In this document: piece by piece, positions 27,801 to 37,000 of the stretch
Layout: every line of letters begins with the position of its first letter
Position numbering within the stretch: the stretch's first letter is position 1
IMG/VR virus record: IMGVR_UViG_3300020396_000292
Coordinates: 1 to 55,056 of that record
Direction: 5' to 3' (one strand)
Source of the DNA: a virus
Taxonomy: Duplodnaviria; Caudoviricetes
Length of the DNA stretch: 55,056 bases
Made by a program: the position numbers and the translations under genes
The notes under the pieces: generated by a model
Databases searched by the model: none
What the model saw: the letters and a program-made list of their open reading frames with translations, nothing else
Told to the model about the DNA's origin: nothing

Positions 27801-29293
27801 GTAACGGAGTTGAGAGCTATAGGATTCGTGACTCTATTGTTGGTAAAGAATTTTCTTTAGGAGAAAGAACCACATCTACATCAGAGGTAGAGTTTAGACA
27901 GGCGCATCGTTTTGCGGACTTAACATATAGTGGTGTATACAATAACGAGAGCAATGTAAATAAGCTTAATGAGTTTAACTTAGGTTTACTAAACTTCAAA
28001 CCGCTTGAGGATGTATACGGACCTATTGAAAAATTAAGCGGTAGGGAAACCGATATACTTGTGCTTCAGGAGGATAAGATATCATATGTGTTAGCAGGTA
28101 AGAACCTGATTAGTGATTCAATTGGAGGAGGTACAGTTGCCTCTATACCTGAGGTACTAGGAACGCAGATAGCTAGGATTGAAGAGTACGGAATATCTAG
28201 AAACCCTGAGAGCTTCTGTTCGTGGGGATTTGATAAGTATTTTACTGATGCCAAAAGAGGAGCTGTTATAAAACTAACAGGTTCTTCAGGGTCTAACGAG
28301 CAGCTTACGGTTGTATCCGAATCAGGAATGAGGTCGTGGTTTAGAGACAGGTTTATATCAAGCATCAACTATCAAAAGATTGGAGGTTTTGACCCGTACA
28401 TGAACGAGTATGTTCTTAGTATGAACCCAATTGAATTACCTTCAGAAGAAGAATGTATTGCCTGTGGTATCAACAGAGAGTTTGCTTTTAATAACGACAA
28501 ATCTATTGAGTACTGCTTAGACCTAGGCGCATTAGTTGGAGACACAGCTTTAACCGCAACCGCACAAACACCAGCAGGTTCTGACCTTAGTTCTATTAGG
28601 GTTAGATACAACTCTGTTGATGTCGTACCCACTACATTGCTTTCCAACGGAACAACTGGATTTATTTTTGATAAGAATAGTGTTTCACAAACTACAGCAA
28701 CTGTGTTTATTGAGGGAAAAAAGAATTCCTCTTTGACAGTTAGGCTTGCTTGTCCAGCTCCAACAGGTATTAGAGTGCATCAAATATGTTTAACAAACGC
28801 TTCTGATTCTGGAAACAATATTCATAATGAGTACAGGTGGACAGACGGTTCGTTTATATCACCGCTTCATAGTGAGCAGGTTACGTTTTTAGATGATACA
28901 GGTGCTTTTATTATAAGTCAGTATACAGATATATTTGCTCCGCAAGGAGCAGGTGTTGTTCCTGCTAACGGTGCTGAAGTAAGCGTTATATCTAACAAGA
29001 GACCAACGGATAGTTTTGTGTTTGACCCATCTCAAGATTCTTTTTATTCATTGAGAACAAGTACAAATTACCCGTCAACAACTGCTGGGATAACAAGCTT
29101 ATTAAGTGCGGCAGGTGCTCCACTTCCTTTGAATATTAGTCAAGCACCTTTAATTTATTCAGGAGAATTTACAATGCCTGATGTCGGTGGCAACCTGTAT
29201 CTAGTGTATGACTACAGACAGTCAACACCTGCAAGCTTATGCTATTCAACATCAAGCCTTCAGAACGCCTGCTGCGATTGTCAAGAACCTTAA
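24839..29293 (+). CDS. Tail nozzle / stabilisation protein (main part)
   Basis: GRMNKSVDERLLPNGEYVDALN, LLFWTDNYNQPR.IN, GNRLIYGNYVDGY, YGISRNPESF, YFTDAKRGAV: beta-propeller nozzle-type motifs. Confidence 0.8.
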   Translation: MAEVTRNFITGRMNKSVDERLLPNGEYVDALNVRLGSTEDSEIGSVENAKGNTRLTSLSINGIPLSEQAKCIGAFEDGQRETIYWFIHDSSFNSGIADLVVSFNVTQTLLTYHVVTTSSPLVPDDISVLNFNSRFLITGVNRVEDLLFWTDNYNQPRVINIKRNYDSFAVDLAEQLLVIKKPPTQAPTFELVNVGGEENFLEERFITFAYRYRYEDGEYSALSQFSEPAFVPKNFEYTIDSGLNEGMINAFNSANVAFNTGGRLVKSVEVVFKETTSNVIKSIELFNKQNLGYADNTNYTLSFNNSKIYTVLNATQLVRMFDNVPLKAQAQTVMGNRLIYGNYVDGYDLEDLNQNPIRLEYFTELISEEIGIGEFPDDSTSYLYSIDVQRNTPDAVAIFDLADVELKAGATLFFEIRYGHEGFSGDQPHPTQTSNNLELDFSFNLPVDFNSVYDLSIDPSFVNLLGTAANIKPVFDNIPGNETSCDGNTITDNFNCFIPNNLDTLTKFASGISGELQPIRIISSPSSTEIGIVPIAMRFVDDVNNPTQDVYEYYKVNSSSGTFLSTGNPKSLHSDRDYEVGIVYMDEFNRSSTALVSPLNTVHVGCSKSATQNTVQVTIPQSQLAPSWADRYKFVMKPDFEDYNTVFTNLFIADSTTSAVFFLLEGENARKVQEGDRLRVKADTSGVTSRCQYATVLTKTAETRDFIEPAPVTSGGEDIPVPAGTYMKIIPNDFTVIEADLPVILEGAKSNCAKRGGQHPRLLYPVSIPDPLNPGFHLQYDIPQGSRVNINVTFNRNGTNGKCEKRAYILELRLVASQDYDNFKEFFDGDNVEARLDGGRVEVAGDQDCPPPYFANFYNNQLGQLTPQMPEDRCIYQWQFIEGNESGTVGDPTNSLFLGLVGTNSCSGAASNQKRRACIDATIEVFRAETTLVFETEPQDATPDLWYESADVYSIDKSTGAHEGNIQNQTATQPAIIKTDFFNCFSFGNGVESYRIRDSIVGKEFSLGERTTSTSEVEFRQAHRFADLTYSGVYNNESNVNKLNEFNLGLLNFKPLEDVYGPIEKLSGRETDILVLQEDKISYVLAGKNLISDSIGGGTVASIPEVLGTQIARIEEYGISRNPESFCSWGFDKYFTDAKRGAVIKLTGSSGSNEQLTVVSESGMRSWFRDRFISSINYQKIGGFDPYMNEYVLSMNPIELPSEEECIACGINREFAFNNDKSIEYCLDLGALVGDTALTATAQTPAGSDLSSIRVRYNSVDVVPTTLLSNGTTGFIFDKNSVSQTTATVFIEGKKNSSLTVRLACPAPTGIRVHQICLTNASDSGNNIHNEYRWTDGSFISPLHSEQVTFLDDTGAFIISQYTDIFAPQGAGVVPANGAEVSVISNKRPTDSFVFDPSQDSFYSLRTSTNYPSTTAGITSLLSAAGAPLPLNISQAPLIYSGEFTMPDVGGNLYLVYDYRQSTPASLCYSTSSLQNACCDCQEP

Positions 29294-29303
29294 AAAATAT
29301 ATA

Positions 29304-29780
29304 ATGCCACAACTTGAAACATATTACCTAAACGGACCTGACCTCGCGTCATCAACCGCCATCTTTACAGATATTGGAATGGATACCTGTGCCCCTGATG
29401 GATTTTATTCTGACGAGACTATTGCGCGTGAGCTGGTTAACTGTGTTTTACAGCCTGCTCAGAATTGTCCAGAGGAGTGTGTTGAGCCTAGCTTCTTTAG
29501 AGTTCTAAACCCACAGAGTATCTGTTCTACTTTTTGTCAGTTAGGTTCTTCTTTTGATATAGACGTAGAATTTACTACTGTATCTGGCAATAGCTATACT
29601 CAAATAATCATTACAGATGTAATAGCTGGGGCCTCGATTTCAGATGGTTTTTATGCTGTTTCGGAGTTCGAAACAACAACCAGCGACCCTGGAACTACCT
29701 TTAAGGTTTTAGAGATTGAGAGCCAGACGGTGATAGATATACTTGAATGTGGCATAGGTCAGGTATGTGACCAGCTTTAA
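29304..29780 (+). CDS. Cys-rich tail-associated protein; start re-called at 29304
   Basis: MPQLETYYLNG...APDGFYSD...ISDGFYA internal duplication; ATG 10 nt after the previous stop. Confidence 0.65.
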   Translation: MPQLETYYLNGPDLASSTAIFTDIGMDTCAPDGFYSDETIARELVNCVLQPAQNCPEECVEPSFFRVLNPQSICSTFCQLGSSFDIDVEFTTVSGNSYTQIIITDVIAGASISDGFYAVSEFETTTSDPGTTFKVLEIESQTVIDILECGIGQVCDQL

Positions 29781-29789
29781 TTTTAAAAT

Positions 29790-30596
29790 ATGGAAGAAAA
29801 CTTTTTATACACATTAACATACAGCACATCCTCTAAGGGGTGGCCTTCTTTTTATTCTTACTACCCTGAGATTATAAAAGGAATGAATCAGTTTATGTAC
29901 AGCTTTAAAGGAGGCAACCTTTACGAGCACAATACAAACGAGGTAAGAAATAATTTTTACGGAGAGCAGGGGGTTTCTACATTGACAAGTATATTTAATG
30001 ACAGTCCTCTGGAAAATAAAAAATTTAAAACAATTGCTCTAGAGGGGGATGACGCTTGGACTGGAACTTTTATAACAGATTTACAGACTACAGGAATTAT
30101 TGACTACTCTGAGTTTGAGAAGAAGGAAGGTGACTGGTTTTCTTACATTAGAAATGAAGGAAGTGTTCCAGCTAATTCAGACCAATATCCTTTACGTTCA
30201 TTAACAGGCGTTGGTGTGAGTGATAGTATACAGGTTGGACTTGTAGGTACAGAGATTACGTTTGTTCCTCCAACCATATTAGACTCAATGATTTCCATTG
30301 GCGATGCTTTTTATTTTGGAGTTGATATTTTAGGGGTGCTACAACCAAGCTTAGCAGGTGTAATTACGTCAGTTGTTCTCTCAAACAATGGAACATCTAA
30401 GGTTGTAATCAACACCTCTATTCCAGGAGCAGGACCTATACCATCAGATAATGAATATTTTTTATACATTAAAAATTCTATAGCAGAGTCTCAGGGCGTG
30501 ATGGGTCATTTTTGTGAGTTCACATTAACAAACGATAACACATCGGCCACAGAACTATTTGCTGTAAAAAGTCAAGTGTTTAAAAGTTTCCCATAA
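29790..30596 (+). CDS. Tail protein resembling the C-terminal part of the nozzle
   Basis: TLTYS....GWPSFYSY.P, NNFYG.Q, K.FKTI.LEG, KKEG.WF.YI, ELFAV. Confidence 0.7.
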   Translation: MEENFLYTLTYSTSSKGWPSFYSYYPEIIKGMNQFMYSFKGGNLYEHNTNEVRNNFYGEQGVSTLTSIFNDSPLENKKFKTIALEGDDAWTGTFITDLQTTGIIDYSEFEKKEGDWFSYIRNEGSVPANSDQYPLRSLTGVGVSDSIQVGLVGTEITFVPPTILDSMISIGDAFYFGVDILGVLQPSLAGVITSVVLSNNGTSKVVINTSIPGAGPIPSDNEYFLYIKNSIAESQGVMGHFCEFTLTNDNTSATELFAVKSQVFKSFP

Positions 30597-30602
30597 AATT
30601 CA

Positions 30603-30610
30603 TATCTTTG
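30603..30610 (+). promoter_or_regulatory. -7 promoter element TATCTTTG
   Basis: Intergenic, 8 nt before 30619 (nearly leaderless transcript if used). Confidence 0.6.
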
Positions 30611-30618
30611 TAAAAGCT

Positions 30619-31140
30619 ATGAGTATATTAAGTATCTTTAAGAAAAAGAAACCAGAAAGCATACTAGAATATGTTCATGATAATAGGGGTGTTCTTTGGG
30701 ATAATATTAAGTTGTTTAAAGAAAACCTTGTATTACACGATGATGCTGTTGCGCACCATACTCCAGAAATGAATGAGTTAATGCCAGTGAGTCATCATTT
30801 AAAAGACGGGCTGTACACCAGAGAAATATATATGCCTAAGGGCACGTTGGTGGTAAGCTTTATTCATAAGCAAAATCACCCTTCCTTTTTTTTAAAAGGA
30901 GAGATGTCAGTTTTACTAGATACAGGAGAGGTTAAAAAAATAAAAGCCCCTATGAAAGTAATGACTGAGATAGGGACACAAAGAGTTGCTTATATTCATG
31001 AGGATACAACTTGGGTTTGTGTTTACAGAACAGACGCGACAACAGTAGAAGAGGCTGAGAAAGAAGTTTATACAGAAGACTATAAAGAACTTCCTGAGCA
31101 CGTTATATTAAATAAAAAATTATTATGTCAGGAGCAATAG
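30619..31140 (+). CDS. Cupin-fold protein
   Basis: GLYTREIYMPKG..VV..IHKQNHP.F.LKG...IKAP.....G.QR.AY.HEDT.W. Confidence 0.7.
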   Translation: MSILSIFKKKKPESILEYVHDNRGVLWDNIKLFKENLVLHDDAVAHHTPEMNELMPVSHHLKDGLYTREIYMPKGTLVVSFIHKQNHPSFFLKGEMSVLLDTGEVKKIKAPMKVMTEIGTQRVAYIHEDTTWVCVYRTDATTVEEAEKEVYTEDYKELPEHVILNKKLLCQEQ

Positions 31141-32006
31141 CAGCATTAGCAATAACAGTAGGAACCACCACCATGGGGTTTATTAAGGCAGGTAAAGAAA
31201 AAAGAGCAGCAGAGGCAGCAGAACTGTCAGCGGATATTGCAATGGCAGAGGTTGAAAAAGCTTTAACTAAAAACGAAATGGACGCCCTGTCTCTTCAGAC
31301 AGAGGCTTATGATAGAGAGGCAGACAACATAAAGACAGCAACTAAAACTGAGATGGACGCTATTCGAGAAGGTGACCAGCGTGGAGTATTAGCTGGAAGC
31401 AGTAGGGTAAAAGCTGGTGTAACTGAAGCAGAAGCAGGCTCAAGAGTGGGTATGGCAGCAGAGTTGGGAGACCTTGAGAAACTTTCCGCTGATGAGGAAA
31501 CTAGAAAAAATGATATAGGAATTCAAATAAAACTTGGAGAAGCGGCAGGTGCTCAGCAAGCAGCCGCTGCTTTATCAGATTCTGCTTCTGCAGGTAATGC
31601 CGCAGCAATGCAGGGTGTTGCAAGTGCAGCAATGCAGGGTGCAAACATGGCTACAAAAAGTACCTACGGTAAGTCAGGCGAAGCCAAAAAAGCACAAAGA
31701 AAACAAAATAAATTTGTTAGACAGACACGAAGAGATTCTAATTTATCAAGAAAAGATTTTAACGCTCAGGTACTTCCAGGTTTGCAGGGTGATTATCAAA
31801 ACCAAATATCTGGCTTAACTCTAGGAGGAACACTTCCAAATAAAATGGTAAACACACAGGGTAAAGATGGAGTTGTTGTTTCAGAAGTTGCAAGAACAGA
31901 CCTGAGTGATATTAAAGATATGACTGAGATGGAGTTTAATGCTTTTATGATGGAGCTTACGCCTGAACAACGAAATTCAGTATATTCTCAAATGAATCAA
32001 AACTAA
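31125..32006 (+). CDS. Internal virion / ejection protein 1
   Basis: Hydrophobic N-terminus, Ala/Gly/Gln-rich helices, position after the tail genes. Confidence 0.65.
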   Translation: MSGAIAALAITVGTTTMGFIKAGKEKRAAEAAELSADIAMAEVEKALTKNEMDALSLQTEAYDREADNIKTATKTEMDAIREGDQRGVLAGSSRVKAGVTEAEAGSRVGMAAELGDLEKLSADEETRKNDIGIQIKLGEAAGAQQAAAALSDSASAGNAAAMQGVASAAMQGANMATKSTYGKSGEAKKAQRKQNKFVRQTRRDSNLSRKDFNAQVLPGLQGDYQNQISGLTLGGTLPNKMVNTQGKDGVVVSEVARTDLSDIKDMTEMEFNAFMMELTPEQRNSVYSQMNQN

Positions 32007-32009
32007 AGT

Positions 32010-33989
32010 ATGAGCTACTACGGATATATAGAAAGAGAAAACAATCAAGCCCTTGACTGGCAGACCATTGGTAAGAACCTTAGTGATAATCTTTTAAAAG
32101 CTGGTAAGGACAGACAGGATAGAAGAGACGAGTTTGAACAGGCCTCATTAGATTATCAGAAGGAGCTTGATGAAGTTCCATCTGGTGACTATAAAACCGC
32201 TAATACATTTGCACTCAATCACGCAACAGACGCATCAAGAGCTAGACTTATTCAGGATAGACTTTTTAAAAATGGTTTGATGACCGACAGACAGTATACT
32301 GCAGCGCGTCAGCAGCTAAGAGATGATACCAAAAGCCTGTTTGGTTTAAGTAAAGAATACCAGAAGGAGTACGATGAGAAAATGGTTAGGTTTAAAAATA
32401 ACGAAAGCATGGTACTTGAGTCTATGCTTATGGAAAATATAGAAGGACTTGCCAATCTTAGAGACGCAGGTACATTTATAAATATGGAAAGCGGTGCGGT
32501 AAGTATAGGTACGTACGATACTCTGAAAGATAGTGAGGGTAAATATTATAAAGGAATGACTGTCGATAGGCTTTCAGCTACTGAAGGCGATAAGATGACT
32601 GTTAATCAAATGAGAAACAGGTATAAGGAGAGGTATGATAAGTTTGATTTAGATGCAGCAAACTCAGTGATTGCTGAGCGTACTGGCAAGTTCGTAACGG
32701 CTATAAGAACAGCTGGTGGAGAAAACTATTCTGGAAACATAAGAACTATTCTTGACCCAACTCAGAGAGGAAAGGACGAAGACGGTCTTTTAACTGATGC
32801 TATATCTAATTTTGAGAAGTACGAAAAGGACGCGATTAATGGTTATCTAGGTAACGAATACAATAAGTTGTCGGTGCTTACAAATAGCATAGTGTTTGAT
32901 GAGAATAAAAACACATACTACCCAACTCTTGACTCAACTCTTAAAGGTGTGGTGAAGGATGGTAAAAACTACGTTCTAGTAAAGGATGATGGAAGCGGAA
33001 CAATAACAGTTGACTTTACTCCTGGCCAAACCAAAGCTGCGTTTAAAGGTGCACAAACAAACTTTAGAAATCAGCTAGACTACACAGAATCAGAAACTGT
33101 CTACACTGAAACAAGGGAGAGACTAGATAAAGAGAAACTAAATAAGACAGAAAAGTCTGAAGAACAAGTTATAAGCTCATGGAACACATTGTACCATGGG
33201 ACTAAAGAACAAAAGAAAACTGCTATAACTAACCTATTAAACTCTAAGATTGCTAAAGGAGTTAAGAGTGATGGTTCGGACAGTATACTAGCTATTGATA
33301 TAACTAAAGCTGGTGAAATCGAGGTGAGTTATAAAGACCCAACTCTTAACGAAGTAATTTCTTATGACCCAGAAAATATAACGCAAGAAGATTGGGCAAG
33401 GTTAGGTAACTTTGTGCATGGTGTAGATGATATAGATACTGTTATGACTCGTGCTGGAGGATTTAAAACAGGTGATGCAGGTACTAGAAGACTAGGTGCT
33501 GATGATATTGATAACGTGTTTGCTAACAGGCAGGGTGGGTCAGTGAAAGAAAGCCAGGGTAAAGCATTTAAAAGAATACTAAATAAAAAGTTTGATGATA
33601 CTCAAGAGGCTGCTATAAAGAACATGGTTAAAAAGGATGGTGATGCAGCCAACGATAACTTTGTAGGTAAGTATACTGACAGTATGCCAGCTGGATTTAA
33701 ACTTCAAGCACTCAGAAAAATAGGTGCTGATAGTGGGAAGTTCGTTAGGATTGCATACACAGACCCTAATGGTAAGAAAGTATTCTCTGAAGATATTAAT
33801 ATAGACGGTGGTGATTCTATGAAAAAGATAAGAGACTACATTACAAAGCAAAGCGGAACAGAGAAGGCTATGATTCAGCAGGCACTATACATTAAGAATA
33901 ACGGAGGAAGAATTTCAGGTGCGAAGCCGTATGAAACTAGAAAAGAAAGAAACGGAGTCGGTGGAGCGTACCCAGTTGATGATAACTAA
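32010..33989 (+). CDS. Internal virion / ejection protein 2
   Basis: 659 aa helical protein between ejection protein 1 and the giant gene. Confidence 0.65.
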   Translation: MSYYGYIERENNQALDWQTIGKNLSDNLLKAGKDRQDRRDEFEQASLDYQKELDEVPSGDYKTANTFALNHATDASRARLIQDRLFKNGLMTDRQYTAARQQLRDDTKSLFGLSKEYQKEYDEKMVRFKNNESMVLESMLMENIEGLANLRDAGTFINMESGAVSIGTYDTLKDSEGKYYKGMTVDRLSATEGDKMTVNQMRNRYKERYDKFDLDAANSVIAERTGKFVTAIRTAGGENYSGNIRTILDPTQRGKDEDGLLTDAISNFEKYEKDAINGYLGNEYNKLSVLTNSIVFDENKNTYYPTLDSTLKGVVKDGKNYVLVKDDGSGTITVDFTPGQTKAAFKGAQTNFRNQLDYTESETVYTETRERLDKEKLNKTEKSEEQVISSWNTLYHGTKEQKKTAITNLLNSKIAKGVKSDGSDSILAIDITKAGEIEVSYKDPTLNEVISYDPENITQEDWARLGNFVHGVDDIDTVMTRAGGFKTGDAGTRRLGADDIDNVFANRQGGSVKESQGKAFKRILNKKFDDTQEAAIKNMVKKDGDAANDNFVGKYTDSMPAGFKLQALRKIGADSGKFVRIAYTDPNGKKVFSEDINIDGGDSMKKIRDYITKQSGTEKAMIQQALYIKNNGGRISGAKPYETRKERNGVGGAYPVDDN

Positions 33990-34002
33990 TTACAATTAAA
34001 GC

Positions 34003-37000
34003 ATGTTGAATATAGATAAAGAGCAGTTAGAGCAGTCACACAGAATGTTTGTGGCCGAGGGTTACAAAGGAAGCCTGGAACAGTTTTCAGAACTAATGAA
34101 GAATAATCCTGCAGCATTAAACGACATGTTCGGTCTTTATGTACAGGCAGGCTATCGTGATTCAAAGGATTCTTATGCAGAGTTGATTGGAGCAAAGCCT
34201 CCAAAGACAGTAAAAAAAAAAGTTGTTACGGAATCCAATGTGGAAGATGGTTCTTTGGATTCGTCAGAAACTGATGGTTCACCAATACAAAACCCAACTG
34301 AAGCTGAGTTAGAAAATCTTCTTAAAGCTCCCCAAACACAAGCGCAGGAGCCTACAGGAATGTATCCTGATATTGATGAGGTGAACGCTTATCGGGAACA
34401 AGAAACTTCTACTGCAGGAGATACCTTTGACGTGCTAAAAGCACAAAATGAGATTTACCAGCAGCAGAGACCTGAGGACATGGCTATTTTCCTGGCCGAA
34501 GAACAAGAAAGAAAAAACCTTGAAGAACAGCAGAGGCAAGACAGCTTATCACTTCAACTAGAAGGCGATGCCTTTCTTCAGGACCTTTCAGTTATTAATA
34601 CTGAACTTATAAAGCAGGATGAAGAGACTGCAATTGCTTTACTAAGAAGCAAATTTCTAAAATACGGATTTACATTTGAGAAGACTGGCATGGGCGATGC
34701 TGTTATTGTTTCAAACTTTGATGGAACAGCTACCGAGACCATAGACCTACAACCATTTTTTTCATCGTCTGAAGTACTAGAGTCTAAGAAACTAAAAGAC
34801 TTTATAACCAACAACGCTAAGCAAGAGTATCAAGACAATGAGTTTGATGACCTTGCTTTTCAATCAGACAAGGCACAGAACCTACGTATAGCTCCAAGAA
34901 TAAATGAAGACGGAACTGAGTCTACAGTTCTTATGACAGACTACGAGGCCAACGGTAGATTTTATGCTATACCTACGCTGTTTCCTAAGAACCCTAGTTT
35001 TTATGGAAGTAAACCTAAAGACTGGCTTGAACTTGATTTTGAAGAAGCTAAAAAGTTAGCTGAAGAAAGAGGTGAGGTCTTTGAGTTTGAAACCGCAGAA
35101 CAAGCAGCTAAATTTGCTGAAGGTTCTTGGAAAGATACTCACGCAACAAACGTAATAGGTAAACAATTATATTCTGAAGCTGGTTTAAACTTTGCAGCAG
35201 AGGATGATAAGTACCAGCAGTACATTAAAGCTAGAGATACTAGAATATTTTTAAATGAACAGGTAGATGATTTAGGTAGAGATTTAATTAGCGAACTGAC
35301 ACCAGAGGAAAAAGAATTGTACGGTGGTTATTATGTAAACGGAGTACTCAGAGACGATGCTGCTCAGATTGCAAAAGAACAACGAGAAATAGAAAACAAT
35401 CTATACCTTGAGGTTAATAGCGAAGAAAAGATTAAGCTCAGAGAAGATTTTGATATTAAGACACACGAAAAATACGAAGCCTTATCTCAGAAAGCAGCTA
35501 AAGATAACAGACAATTACTGTTTGCTCAGGATGAGCTAGAGGTTTTATCTTTAAAAGAGTTTGGTGTTCCTGTCAAAGACCTAAACAATGTCGTACCTGC
35601 AAATGAAACACAAGCAAAGCTAATAGACGACCTTAGAATACAGACAAAATCTATAAATGTAGAGAGACAGCACGCTGCTGATTTATACGAAACAGCTAAG
35701 ACTTTTTACAGTGCTAAGTATGACAAATCAATAACCCAGGATATGGAGGATGGGGCGGCTGCCGTCTACAAAGAACTACGCGCTGGACTAAACGATGGAA
35801 ACGCATCTGAAGTTATACTTCAGCTAAGTACGGGGATGCCTTTTGATTTTCAGAACTTAGATATTAACAACGAAGAAGATGTTAAGAAAGCGGCTGAAAT
35901 GATATCTGCATTAAAAGGAAAAAATCAAGGCAGAAAGCAATCTAGACAGTTGTCAAGGTGGAACAGGGCTACAGGATTTAGAGAAAGTCTTGATGCCTTT
36001 AACGCCAACCCCCTTGAAACAGCTTTTGTTATGGCCATAAACTCTATAGGTATGATGCTTCCTTACGGAGCAGAACTTGTGGCGGCTGGTACGGTAACAG
36101 GTGCTGGTATTGGGGCAGGAGTAGGAGCTGCAGGTGGTGGTGTTGGAGCTGTTCCTGGAGCTATTTTTGGTATGAGACAGGGAATGAAGACAGGTATGGC
36201 AATGACATCTTTTGCTATGGAGTATACCAACGAGTTCTTTGCAGCTATGGAGGACAAAGGATTAGATGTTCTAAACCCACAGGATGTAGTTACTGCTGTA
36301 AACGACCCAGAGATTTGGGCAACAGCAAAAGAAAGAGGTATAGCACGAGGTGTTCCAATTGCTCTTGTAGATTTTATAACCGCAGGTGCTGCTGGTCGTG
36401 TATTTAAGGTTGGTAAAACAGCCTCAACAACAAGAAAGATTGTAACTCAGACGGCAGAGCGTCTTGTATTTGACCCTCTTGCAGAAATGACTGGAGAAGG
36501 ACTTGCTCAAATTAGTGTTGGTGATGAATTAGATTTTAAAGAAATAGCTGCAGAAGGTATTGGTGGTTTTGGAAACAACACATCAAGCATGATAGTCAAC
36601 AAGGTGATGGATATAAAAAAAATGAGTAAGATAGAGCTTGCCTCTAAGCTTACCGAGATGGATTTTATAGTTCAGGAATTGTCACAGGAAAGCGACACAA
36701 GGGTATCTGCGTGGACAAATAATATGCTTGAGCTTGGACAAATTAATGCAGACCAGGCGCAACGAATACAAAAAAACTTAGGACTTTCTAAGGACGCAGA
36801 CAACATGCTTGAGTTTGGCATAGATAAGAACAGCGAAAAAAATACACTTGTAAAGACCAGGCTTATGCAGCTGCTGTCCGCTAAAGAAGAGTACTCTGCA
36901 GACACTAACCGTAAAGAAGTATTCGGTCAGAAGATTAAAGATATTAATGCAGAGATTGCGTTTTTAATAGAGAATAAAAAACTAGCTCCCGAAAACATTA

